Of a stretch of DNA of 32,356 nucleotides, positions 8,981 to 17,230 are shown piece after piece. Where the stretch lies: assembly GCA_016650185.1 (NCBI GenBank), contig JAENWE010000053.1, positions 1 to 32,356 of the forward strand, given 5' to 3'. The notes beneath the pieces are model-generated. The model was not told the origin of the DNA. It searched no databases and saw only the letters and a list, made by a program, of their open reading frames with translations. The stretch comes from Vicinamibacteria bacterium (lineage in GTDB: Bacteria; Acidobacteriota; Vicinamibacteria; Fen-336; JAGNNV01). Made by a program: the position numbers and the translations under genes. Each line of letters begins with the position of its first letter. Position 1 is the stretch's first letter.

Positions 8981-9709
8981 ATGACGCCCCCCAACAAGAG
9001 CGCCTTCGTTCAAAAACTGACCGCTTCCGCCCAAAAACACGCCGAAGAACTGTTCGAACAGAATGAGCGGCTCAAGTCTCTGGTGGCGTCTTTGGAAGAG
9101 AAGCAGACCCAGATTTCTGAGGAACTATCGAGCCTTCGCGAGGAACGCGACGCCCTGCGAGCGGAGCGGGTCAAACTCAAACACGTTCTGGACGAGGCAC
9201 TCGCGCAGAACCGCCGGGATATCGAGCGCTCGTCGCTGGTCGAGCAGCAGTGCACGAGCCTCGCCAATCTCTACGTCGCGACCTTCAAGCTTCACGGCTC
9301 GCTCGAGCGTCCTGATGTCCTCGCCGCCATCAGTGAAATCGTGGTGAACCTCGTGGGCTGCGAACATTTTGGCGTCTTCGAGAGGTTCGGCGAAGAGTTG
9401 AAACTCATCGGAGAGTTCCCGGCGCACCCGAGTCCGGTCCAGCTTCTGCCGGCGGAGACAGGGTTCGTAGCGGACATTTTCAGGGCCAGCGGTCCCTGGA
9501 TAGCCGGACGCGACCCCCAGCCGGCTTCCAACGTGCCGGACGGCGTCACCGCGGTGATTCCCCTGCGCCTCGGATCCGATCTCACCGGAGCGGTGGTGCT
9601 CTTCACCCTTCTCCCGCAAAAGGGCGGCAGTTTCGGGGACGTCGACATCGAGCTCATGGACCTTCTCACCGCTCACGCTGCGACCGCTCTTTTCGCGTCA
9701 CGCACCTGA
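8981..9709 (+). CDS. Coiled-coil + GAF-domain protein (paralog A)
   Basis: About 95-aa heptad-rich N-terminus, then LANLYVATFKLHGSL…EIVVNLVG…AVIPL…FGDVDIELMDLLTAHAATAL (GAF pattern). No TM segment. Confidence 0.8.
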   Translation: MTPPNKSAFVQKLTASAQKHAEELFEQNERLKSLVASLEEKQTQISEELSSLREERDALRAERVKLKHVLDEALAQNRRDIERSSLVEQQCTSLANLYVATFKLHGSLERPDVLAAISEIVVNLVGCEHFGVFERFGEELKLIGEFPAHPSPVQLLPAETGFVADIFRASGPWIAGRDPQPASNVPDGVTAVIPLRLGSDLTGAVVLFTLLPQKGGSFGDVDIELMDLLTAHAATALFASRT

Positions 9710-9752
9710 CCCCTGATCATTTTCCAGGCAACCGAACCAACCCTCATCGAGC

Positions 9753-10271
9753 ATGAAGCAGATCTTTCTGCTGCCCGGCCAGTGGGCCGTTCCTCACGAA
9801 CCGTCGGAACTGACGACCATCCTTGGACCTTGCGTGGCCGTCTGTTTGTTCGACCGGACTCGCGGCATGGGCGGGATGAATCACTTCCTGCTCGCCGCCG
9901 GCGGATCCAACGCCCGAGAGAGAAGCCGTTACGGCGACACCTCCTGTGAGGACCTGGTTCAGTGTCTGTTCGCTTCCGGATCGAGGCCTGGAGACATGGA
10001 AGCCCGGATTGTGGGCGGAGCCAACGTTGGCCGATCTCCGACGTCGGTGGGCGAGAGCCTGGGCGAGAAAAACGCCGAGATGGCGAGGAGCGTGCTTCGT
10101 CGCCACGGCATCGAGGTTGGCTTCCAGGACACCGGCGGCGCCAACGCCCGGCGTCTTCGCTTCCGCACCGGGGTAGGCATCCTGGAGGTCAAGACCATCG
10201 AGGGGACGTCATCATCCACCGCGACCATCGCCGCGGGGGCTCCCGAAGAGAAAGCATCGAGCGCCCGGTGA
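9753..10271 (+). CDS. cheD: Chemoreceptor glutamine deamidase CheD
   Basis: TTILGPCVAVCLFD…GGMNHFLL (catalytic Cys and His), RYGD, GGA, GEKN, DTGG…R. Confidence 0.9.
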   Translation: MKQIFLLPGQWAVPHEPSELTTILGPCVAVCLFDRTRGMGGMNHFLLAAGGSNARERSRYGDTSCEDLVQCLFASGSRPGDMEARIVGGANVGRSPTSVGESLGEKNAEMARSVLRRHGIEVGFQDTGGANARRLRFRTGVGILEVKTIEGTSSSTATIAAGAPEEKASSAR

Positions 10272-10299
10272 ACCGGAGCCGCGCTGAGACAAGAGCCGC

Positions 10300-12018
10300 A
10301 TGAACGACGACGTCGACTGGGAACGCCTCCGCCAAGTCCACCTCGCGGAGTCCGAGGAGCGGCTCGCCACCATGGAGTCCGCCATCCTCGACCTCGAGCG
10401 GAATCCCTTGAGCGAGTCCCCCATCGAATCCCTCCAGCGCGACGCCCACACCTTGAAGGGCAATGCCGGAATCTTCGGATTCGATTCGATCGCCCACCTG
10501 GCCCACGCTTTCGAGGATGCCCTCGCCGCGGTCCAGGCCGGAATAAGAAACCGCCAGCCCGCGGACAAGGAAGCCGTCGCGGTCCTACTCAAGGGAGTGG
10601 ACGCGATTCGGGCCGGCTTGCCGCTGGCCGAGCCGGGGGACCAAATGTCGACGGCCCAGGAGGGTCTCGCCGCAGAACTGCGGACCCTCGGCGCCTTTGG
10701 CTCCCCCGTCCCGAAAGAAGCCCCCCAACCGCCCAAACCCCGAGCGCGTTCCCGCGGCCGCCGGGCCGCCGACCAGCCCCGCGCGGCAAGCCAGTCTGGC
10801 GCCGACGCTGATACGCGGGAGGGCGGCGCACGAGAAACGTCCGACGACGGACGGGCGGCCCGGCCGACCTTGCGCATCGAGGTGGCTCGGGTCGACGCCC
10901 TCATCGAGCTCGCGAGCGAGATCTCGGTCTCTCGCGGTCGCCTGGAGAATCTTCTCACCGCACCCGGACTATCCGACGAGGCGCGCGACGTCCTTGAACA
11001 AACGACTCCTCTTCTCGGCCGACTTTCGGATCTCGCCATGGGCATGCGCCTTGTCCCTCTCGGACCCATTCTGGCTTCCCAGCGGCGCACGGCGCGGGAC
11101 GCGGCTCAGAGCACGGGCAAGGAAGTGGCCCTGCGCATTTCGGGCGAAGAGGTAGAAATCGATCTGGCCTTGGTCGATCGTCTCAGCGAGGCGTTGCTGC
11201 ACCTGGTGCGCAACGCGGTCGCCCACGGAATCGAGGACCCGGCCACCCGGCGAGGCAAAGGCAAGCCCCCGATCGGTCAGGTTTCGCTGAGCGCCTCGCC
11301 TGCGGCTGGTCAAGTGGTGATTGAGGTTGGGGACGATGGCGGCGGCCTGGATCTGCAGGCGATCAGGCAGCAGGCCCGCGCGCTGGGGATAAAGGTCACC
11401 GGCGACGACCGCGAAACCGCTCAATTCGTCTTCGCGAAAGGCCTCACCACCGCGGCTGAGCTCTCGGAGGTCTCCGGCCGGGGGGTTGGACTCGACTCGG
11501 TGAAATCCTCCATCGAGAATCTTGCTGGTTCTATCGAGGTCCATTCGGAAACTGGAAAGGGAACGCTCTTCCGCATGCGGCTCCCTCTGACCCTGGCCGT
11601 GCTGCGTGGGCTGCTGGTGAAAGTGGCCTCCCATCGATACGTGATTCCAATCGATATGGTCCGAGAGTGCCTCGCCACGCCCAAGGACCTTGAGTATCAG
11701 GCCAATGGCACGGGCTTGCTTCGCCTCCCGTCCGGGATGGTCCCGGTGCTGCGGCTCGGGGAGCAGATCCTGGGCGCCGCGGGATCGCTGAATCGTCACA
11801 TAGTAGTGGTCGAGCACGCCGGACAGCGCCTTGGACTTATCGTGGACGCCTTGGTCGGAGACGCTCCCGTGGTGGTCAAGTCCATCGGCCGGGCGCTCCG
11901 GAGTGCGACGAGCATATTCGGCGCCGCCATTCTTGGAGACGGCTACGTGGGCTTGATCCTCGATATTCCTGACATCATGAAGCGCACCATGGCGCTGCGC
12001 GCCGCGCAGACTTCCTGA
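10300..12018 (+). CDS. cheA: Chemotaxis histidine kinase CheA (P1-P3-P4-P5, no P2)
   Basis: HPt AHTLKG, N-box HLVRNAVAHGIE, G1 DDGGGLD, G2 SGRGVGL, LPLTLA and a C-terminal CheW-like domain. Confidence 0.95.
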   Translation: MNDDVDWERLRQVHLAESEERLATMESAILDLERNPLSESPIESLQRDAHTLKGNAGIFGFDSIAHLAHAFEDALAAVQAGIRNRQPADKEAVAVLLKGVDAIRAGLPLAEPGDQMSTAQEGLAAELRTLGAFGSPVPKEAPQPPKPRARSRGRRAADQPRAASQSGADADTREGGARETSDDGRAARPTLRIEVARVDALIELASEISVSRGRLENLLTAPGLSDEARDVLEQTTPLLGRLSDLAMGMRLVPLGPILASQRRTARDAAQSTGKEVALRISGEEVEIDLALVDRLSEALLHLVRNAVAHGIEDPATRRGKGKPPIGQVSLSASPAAGQVVIEVGDDGGGLDLQAIRQQARALGIKVTGDDRETAQFVFAKGLTTAAELSEVSGRGVGLDSVKSSIENLAGSIEVHSETGKGTLFRMRLPLTLAVLRGLLVKVASHRYVIPIDMVRECLATPKDLEYQANGTGLLRLPSGMVPVLRLGEQILGAAGSLNRHIVVVEHAGQRLGLIVDALVGDAPVVVKSIGRALRSATSIFGAAILGDGYVGLILDIPDIMKRTMALRAAQTS

Positions 12019-12039
12019 CGAGGTTTCAAAAAACCGTCT

Positions 12040-12563
12040 ATGACCTTCACTCGACCCAACCTCGAAGCCCCGAACGCCGCCGCCCGATCGGTCCAGTCCA
12101 TGTTGCGCTGCCAGATCGGAAGGGACAGTACCTGATGCCCCTCACGCAGGTGCTGGAGATCATCCGTTACGTCACTCCCACTCCGGTTCCTCAGACCGCT
12201 CCCTGGGTCATTGGAGTCATGAATCTGCGTGGTCGGGTGATTCCCGTGATCGATCTGGCGGTCAAGTTTTCCGAGCCGTCGAGCGCTCCCGACGAATGGA
12301 CCTGTATCGTTCTGGTGGAGGTTGAACTCGGTGGCGATCTGACCACCCTCGGCCTGGTGACGACTCTGGTGAGCGAAATCCACGAACTCCGCGCCGCCGA
12401 TCTCGAGCCGCCCCCGAGTGTGGGAACGCAGATCCGAGTGGAGTTCCTCAAAGGCCTGTTCAAACTTGAGGAGGGGTTCGCGCTCGCGCTTGACCTCGAC
12501 AAGGTCCTGTCGGAAAACGAGCAGGTCGCGGTTCGGGACCTTTCCGCCCGAGGCGGATCGTAG
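12040..12563 (+). pseudogene. cheW: cheW with an apparent 1-nt deletion near 12120 (frameshift, or sequencing error)
   Basis: ATG 12040 frame gives MTFTRPNLEAPNAAARSVQSMLRCQIGRDST* (TGA at 12133). The -1 frame gives KGQYLMPLTQVLEII…VIGVMNLRGRVIPVIDL, a clear CheW. One added base joins them into a normal CheW first strand (MLRCQIGxGQYLMPL). Confidence 0.75.
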
Positions 12564-12623
12564 TGTCCCAAATGAACGCTTTGCCTGGGCCTTCGGACTG
12601 AAGCCTGCCGTTCGGGCCAACAC

Positions 12624-13493
12624 ATGCAGCGAGTGATCCCGTTTTCGACCGAAGACCCGAACGCTCCGCCCGAACTTGGCCCGCGGGAGTTCGCCCAGAT
12701 CCGCAAGCTGATGGAAGCTCGCACCGGCGTGCATCTGACCGAGGCAAAAGGAGCCTTGGTCATGGCCCGCCTTGGAAGAAGGCTGCGGGAATTGCGCCTG
12801 CGCTCGTACCGCGACTATATGGCCCACCTGGACGCGCACCCTGCCGAGGAAATCGCCGAACTCGTGGATCGACTTCTCACCAACGAAACCCGTCTCTTCC
12901 GAGAAGGCTGGCAGTTCGACTTTCTGGAACAGACCATTGTCCCGCTCTGGCGGAAGGAGGCGGGCGCCTCTTTGGATCGCAGCTTGAGAATCTGGTCGGC
13001 CGCCTGTTCCACCGGCGAAGAACCGGCGAGCCTGGCTGCGGTCATGGATGCCCGCTTCCCTGTCTCCGAGGGCTACCGCGTCACCATTCTCGCTACCGAT
13101 CTATCCAGTCGAGCTCTGGCCGCGGCGCGCACCCTCACCTTCCCGATTGCGCGAGGGCAGGACATCCCGCCCTCGTATGCCCGCTATTTCGAGGACGTGC
13201 GCCCGGACCGGATGCGGCTCCGCGCCTCCTCCTCCCGCTTGATCCGTTTTGAACCGATGAACCTTCTGGCTCCTTCCGTGCCAGCGGCGAGTTTCGATCT
13301 CATCCTCTGCCGGAATGTGCTCATCTACTTCACCCGCGAGACGAAGCGCCAGGTGATCGATCACATGTGGCGCGCGCTCAAACCTGGCGGATTCCTTTTC
13401 GTTGGTCACGCCGAAAGCCTGGTTGGGGTGATCGAAGGACAACGCCCGGTGAAGCCCGCGATCTACCTCAAGCCCCTGAGCGTTAGATCATGA
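12624..13493 (+). CDS. cheR: Chemotaxis methyltransferase CheR
   Basis: TNETRLFRE, IWSAACSTGEEP, ILATDLS, FDLILCRNVLIYF, GHAESL. Confidence 0.95.
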   Translation: MQRVIPFSTEDPNAPPELGPREFAQIRKLMEARTGVHLTEAKGALVMARLGRRLRELRLRSYRDYMAHLDAHPAEEIAELVDRLLTNETRLFREGWQFDFLEQTIVPLWRKEAGASLDRSLRIWSAACSTGEEPASLAAVMDARFPVSEGYRVTILATDLSSRALAAARTLTFPIARGQDIPPSYARYFEDVRPDRMRLRASSSRLIRFEPMNLLAPSVPAASFDLILCRNVLIYFTRETKRQVIDHMWRALKPGGFLFVGHAESLVGVIEGQRPVKPAIYLKPLSVRS

Positions 13494-14518
13494 TCGATGT
13501 CCTCGTGGTCGACGACTCCGCCCTGGTTCGCCAGACCCTCAAGGAGCTGCTCGAGAGATCGGGCGAGTTCCAGGTCACCCTGGCCGCCGATCCGTTCATC
13601 GCCGCGCGCCGAATCGCCCTGCGGCGGCCGCAGGTGATCGTCCTCGACATCGAGATGCCAGGGATGGACGGTCTCACCTTTCTCACTCGTCTCATGGCCA
13701 CCGACCCCATCCCCGTGGTGATCTGTTCGGCGAGGGCCGGCGAAGACGCCGCGGTGGCGATCGAGGCCCTGGCCAGGGGCGCCATCGATGTCCTGCCCAA
13801 GCCACGGCTGTCGGTGAAGGACTTTCTGAGTGACACCGCCGCGCTGCTCGTCGACACCGTCCGCGCCGCTTCCCAGTCGAAACGCGGTTCGGCCGCAGTT
13901 CGCGGTCCCCGGGCGCCCGTGACCGAAATACCCAAGGGTGTCGCCGCGACGTGGGTGGTCGCCATCGGCGCTTCGACCGGAGGCACAGAGGCCCTGGCCG
14001 TGGTGCTCGGCTCGCTCCCCAGGGACTCACCCGCCGTTCTCGTCGTGCAGCACATGCCCGAGGGATTCACCAAAGCCTTCGCGGGCCGTTTGAACGGCTT
14101 ATCCCCGATGCAGGTGAAGGAGGCCGAGGACAAGGACGTGATCCAGCCGGGACAGGCGTTGCTCGCCCCGGGAAACAAGCACATGTCGGTGGTCAGGGAC
14201 GGCGCGCGATTTGTGGTCAAGCTCGATTCGGAGTCTCAGGTCAACCGGCACCGGCCAAGCGTCGACGTCTTGTTCCGTTCCGTGTCCGAAACCTTCGGAT
14301 CGAGGAGCGTGGGAGTCCTGCTCACGGGCATGGGCCGCGACGGCGCAGCCGGGCTCTTGGAGATGAGGAACCGGGGCGCTCAGACCATCGCGCAGGATGA
14401 GGCCTCATCCGTTGTCTTCGGAATGCCGAAAGAGGCCATCGCGCTCGGAGGAGCCTCCCGAATTCTGGCCCTCGAAGGCATCGCCTCGGGCATCATCGAC
14501 CTGCTGCCCAGACCCTAG
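13490..14518 (+). CDS. cheB: Chemotaxis methylesterase CheB (REC + CheB domain)
   Basis: VVDDS…LDIEMPGMDG receiver; catalytic motifs GASTGG, VQHMP, HRPSVD and LTGMGRDG. ATGA overlap with cheR. Confidence 0.95.
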   Translation: MIDVLVVDDSALVRQTLKELLERSGEFQVTLAADPFIAARRIALRRPQVIVLDIEMPGMDGLTFLTRLMATDPIPVVICSARAGEDAAVAIEALARGAIDVLPKPRLSVKDFLSDTAALLVDTVRAASQSKRGSAAVRGPRAPVTEIPKGVAATWVVAIGASTGGTEALAVVLGSLPRDSPAVLVVQHMPEGFTKAFAGRLNGLSPMQVKEAEDKDVIQPGQALLAPGNKHMSVVRDGARFVVKLDSESQVNRHRPSVDVLFRSVSETFGSRSVGVLLTGMGRDGAAGLLEMRNRGAQTIAQDEASSVVFGMPKEAIALGGASRILALEGIASGIIDLLPRP

Positions 14519-14534
14519 CTTCAGCTGTTACGGA

Positions 14535-15353
14535 CTAGGCGCCCGCCGGACCCTTGAGCATGTCTATGAAGCCCCGCAAAGTGGCCAGTTTCCTTTCCGA
14601 AGTCATATGGAGGCGCGAAGCGTAGACCGCGGTCGCGGCCTGCGCCCCCAGAAGCCGAAAGAGTTCGAAGTCGAGTTCGCTGAAGGCGGTCTTTTGCTGG
14701 AAGAGCTTGTGGATACTCAGCAGGCCTACGACCACACCGCTCAGGTCGAAAGGGATCACGGCCAGCGGAGCTTCAAAAGGAGCCGCCTCCGCCACTCGAG
14801 TGTCGGCGGCGAAGTGCGGCAGTCCCGACTCCAGGCAGGCGCCGATCACTCCCTCTCCCCGGCCCACGCCGCTCACGTCTGTCTTCTGGCCCTCCGACAA
14901 GACCAGTTCGGCTCTGCCGGTTTTCTCATCCACGATGAACACGTGAAAAGCTTCGGCCCCAACCAGATTGGTGGCGATCTCCTGAATGGAACGGAGGACT
15001 TCGGCGTGATCCAGCGAGGCGTGAAGCTGCGAGGCGGCGACATGCAGGTTGGTCAGGAGGTTGACCTGCTCGCTGAGGTCGGCAAAACGCTGAGCAGATT
15101 CGCTGAGCTGGGTCCGCATCTCCACCAATTCGTCCTTGGCTTCCCCGAACTCGCGATCAAGCGCCATGCGCTCTTCTTCCGATAGGCGGAGCCGGGCCTG
15201 GATGTCCGCTTCCTGAGGACTCCCGCCCAGGGACTCGAACGCCCGCAGACAGGCGCGGAGCTGGGCGTTCTCACGCACAATGTCCTCGACGAGGTCCTGC
15301 GTCTTGACGAAGAAGTCCGACAACTCCCGGTAGCGATTCGATTGCTCAGCCAT
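14535..15353 (-). CDS. Coiled-coil + GAF-domain protein (paralog B)
   Basis: Heptad-rich N-terminus, then LTNLHVAASQLHASL…EIATNLVG…AVIPF…FSELDFELFRLLGAQAATAV. Aligns by eye with 8981..9709. Confidence 0.8.
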   Translation of the reverse strand: MAEQSNRYRELSDFFVKTQDLVEDIVRENAQLRACLRAFESLGGSPQEADIQARLRLSEEERMALDREFGEAKDELVEMRTQLSESAQRFADLSEQVNLLTNLHVAASQLHASLDHAEVLRSIQEIATNLVGAEAFHVFIVDEKTGRAELVLSEGQKTDVSGVGRGEGVIGACLESGLPHFAADTRVAEAAPFEAPLAVIPFDLSGVVVGLLSIHKLFQQKTAFSELDFELFRLLGAQAATAVYASRLHMTSERKLATLRGFIDMLKGPAGA

Positions 15354-15356
15354 CGA

Positions 15357-16823
15357 TTACCTCAGGATCCTACCTCTGCTGATCGTGCCCGTCCGCGAGA
15401 GTTCCTGATCCCGCAACTCTTCAAGTCTCCGGCCGGCCTCCTCGACGAAGGCCTCGAGGGGGTCGAGCCGGGTGAGGGCCTCTCCGGAAATCGGATTGTC
15501 CACAAACAGCAGGGCCACGGCATCCCCGTGGGCCCGCAGTGGAATCAGGGCTGCCTCCAGGGAACGGCCGCGAAGGATGGAAAGGGCCGACATTTCCTTC
15601 CAGAAAGAGGCCTCGGTCACGAAACTTTGAGCCGAGCGGCCCTGAAGCGCCTCGGCGAATGGAGAGGCATAAGCAGAAACAGTCAGGTCAAACCCCATCG
15701 GGCCGAGGGGGAAACCGACGCCTGAGGCGGGATAGAGAATGTCCTCGCTGCGGATCAGGAGGATGACTCTCTCCACCATGCCGCTCGCTACCCGCAAGAG
15801 AAGATCGCGGATGCCCACGCTCTCCCCGATGCAGCCAAGCAGATCGAGACCATCGATCAGACCAATGGGCGCGGCGGAGGCCACGGAGCCGTGTGGGCGA
15901 CCATCGATGACCTGCTGAAGCACGTTCAGCAGCTTGGTCGAGAAGGCCTCAAGATGACGTTCGAACAACGCCTGGTTGAGCCGGCCCAAGGTTGGCCGAA
16001 ACACCACGCGCCGGGCCCCGGCTTGACGACCCTTGCGAACGATGGTCGGATCCGGATCCGGGGTCACGAGCACCACTCGCGGGGCGTTGGCGAAGCCGCG
16101 GAGCCGCATGGTCAGCTCGAGGCCGCCCGAAAGATCGCCGCCCGTGGGATCGGGGATGGAAAGATCCACCACGGCCAGAAACATGGACCCCGCGCGGCCC
16201 ACCTGTTGCGCGAGTTGCAGTGCCGACTCCAAGGTGGCAGCGCCCACCACGTCCTCATAGCCGTTTTCAACCAGCCGTTTCATGAGGAATGCACGGACGT
16301 CGGCCTCGTCATCGACCACCAGAACGGAAGGACGCACTTCCGAGGGAATCGAGGGCGCCTTAAGCGGCGCCTCGATGACCGGCGCCGCCTCGGGAGCCGC
16401 CAGGGCGGTGGCCGCGTCGCGGCGACTCTCGTCCAGCTCCCGGGCCAGGTCCATCAGAAGCTCCTGGGCATCCACGCCCACGGAGAGGGTTTCCCGCTCC
16501 AGTGAATAGCCCTCGATCTGCTTGGGAACCTCGTTCGAAAGCACGAAACCGAAATTGCCGTCGCGGAGCCGCGAAAGGGCTCCCAGGTCAGCGGCTATTC
16601 CGGCCGTGAGTCGCTTCTCCCACTCCGCTGGAGCCATGGACGAACGGGGCACGCGCTCGGAAGAGCCAGGCGAAAAACAGGCGACCACCCGACCATTTCG
16701 GAACACGATGGCGCCGACACCGACTTCGGTCTCCACCCGGATGTACCCAGTTCGTTGGGTAAAGGCCACGATCTGGACGATGTCCAGAAGGGGAAGGTCT
16801 TCAATCCGACCGGAGAGGCTCAA
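15357..16823 (-). CDS. DUF4388 (PatA-N-like) + receiver domain + C-terminal GAF-like region
   Basis: MSLSGRIEDLPLLDIVQIV…RTGYI…GAIVFRNGRVV…GNFGF…QELLMDLARELDE is a DUF4388 pattern. Central VLVVDDE…VVDL…VLVT…FRP is a receiver. TTG start after GGAG. Confidence 0.75.
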   Translation of the reverse strand: MSLSGRIEDLPLLDIVQIVAFTQRTGYIRVETEVGVGAIVFRNGRVVACFSPGSSERVPRSSMAPAEWEKRLTAGIAADLGALSRLRDGNFGFVLSNEVPKQIEGYSLERETLSVGVDAQELLMDLARELDESRRDAATALAAPEAAPVIEAPLKAPSIPSEVRPSVLVVDDEADVRAFLMKRLVENGYEDVVGAATLESALQLAQQVGRAGSMFLAVVDLSIPDPTGGDLSGGLELTMRLRGFANAPRVVLVTPDPDPTIVRKGRQAGARRVVFRPTLGRLNQALFERHLEAFSTKLLNVLQQVIDGRPHGSVASAAPIGLIDGLDLLGCIGESVGIRDLLLRVASGMVERVILLIRSEDILYPASGVGFPLGPMGFDLTVSAYASPFAEALQGRSAQSFVTEASFWKEMSALSILRGRSLEAALIPLRAHGDAVALLFVDNPISGEALTRLDPLEAFVEEAGRRLEELRDQELSRTGTISRGRILR

Positions 16824-16875
16824 AGGATCTCGTGCTCCGGAGGGACCGCTTCAATCACCGTCTCGAATTCGGTAC

Positions 16876-17145
16876 TCAGTGCGCCTTGTCTGGAGTATCG
16901 ATCGCGTTGCCCCACTCCCGCAGTCGCTCGCGGTCGGAAGCGGCATAGAGTTCGTCGGACATATCCGCCACTTGATCCGCCACTCCGCCAACCACCTCGA
17001 ATTCCTCGGCCTGCTGGGAGAGCAGGCCGAGGTGGTGGGCCACCGCATCGAGTTTGGGAACGCTCCTATCAATCGCCGTCAGCAAACCTTCGACGAGTTG
17101 CACCAGCGCAGTGCGCGAAAGACCGTCATGCCAGGTCGGTTCCAT
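16876..17145 (-). CDS. Small helical hypothetical protein (89 aa)
   Basis: ATG at 17145 (MEPTWHDGLSR…), preceded by TATACT at 6 nt. Amphipathic acidic helices; fills the gap before the DUF4388 gene. Confidence 0.6.
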   Translation of the reverse strand: MEPTWHDGLSRTALVQLVEGLLTAIDRSVPKLDAVAHHLGLLSQQAEEFEVVGGVADQVADMSDELYAASDRERLREWGNAIDTPDKAH

Positions 17146-17151
17146 GCGCGG

Positions 17152-17157
17152 AGTATA
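17152..17157 (-). promoter_or_regulatory. Putative -10 (TATACT) 6 nt before ATG 17145; leaderless-type promoter
   Basis: Minus strand reads caTATACTccgcgcATG, with no SD. Confidence 0.5.
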
Positions 17158-17230
17158 TGGTGAGAGCACGGGCCGGACCGTTCGCGGTACGATTTGGGCT
17201 GCTCCATTCCTGTGGAGCTGAGGAGCGAAC

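Noticed and set aside
12111-12135. Programmed -1 ribosomal frameshift in cheW
   Set aside because: No X-XXY-YYZ slippery heptamer in the correct frame and no obvious stimulatory hairpin. A 1-nt deletion is the simpler explanation.
12561-12569. TAGTGTCCC at the cheW stop, identical to 9 nt of the MITE left end, at a position where an MCP gene might be expected
   Set aside because: A 9-nt match can arise by chance in 32 kb. There is no matching right end or internal MITE sequence in the 60-bp gap.
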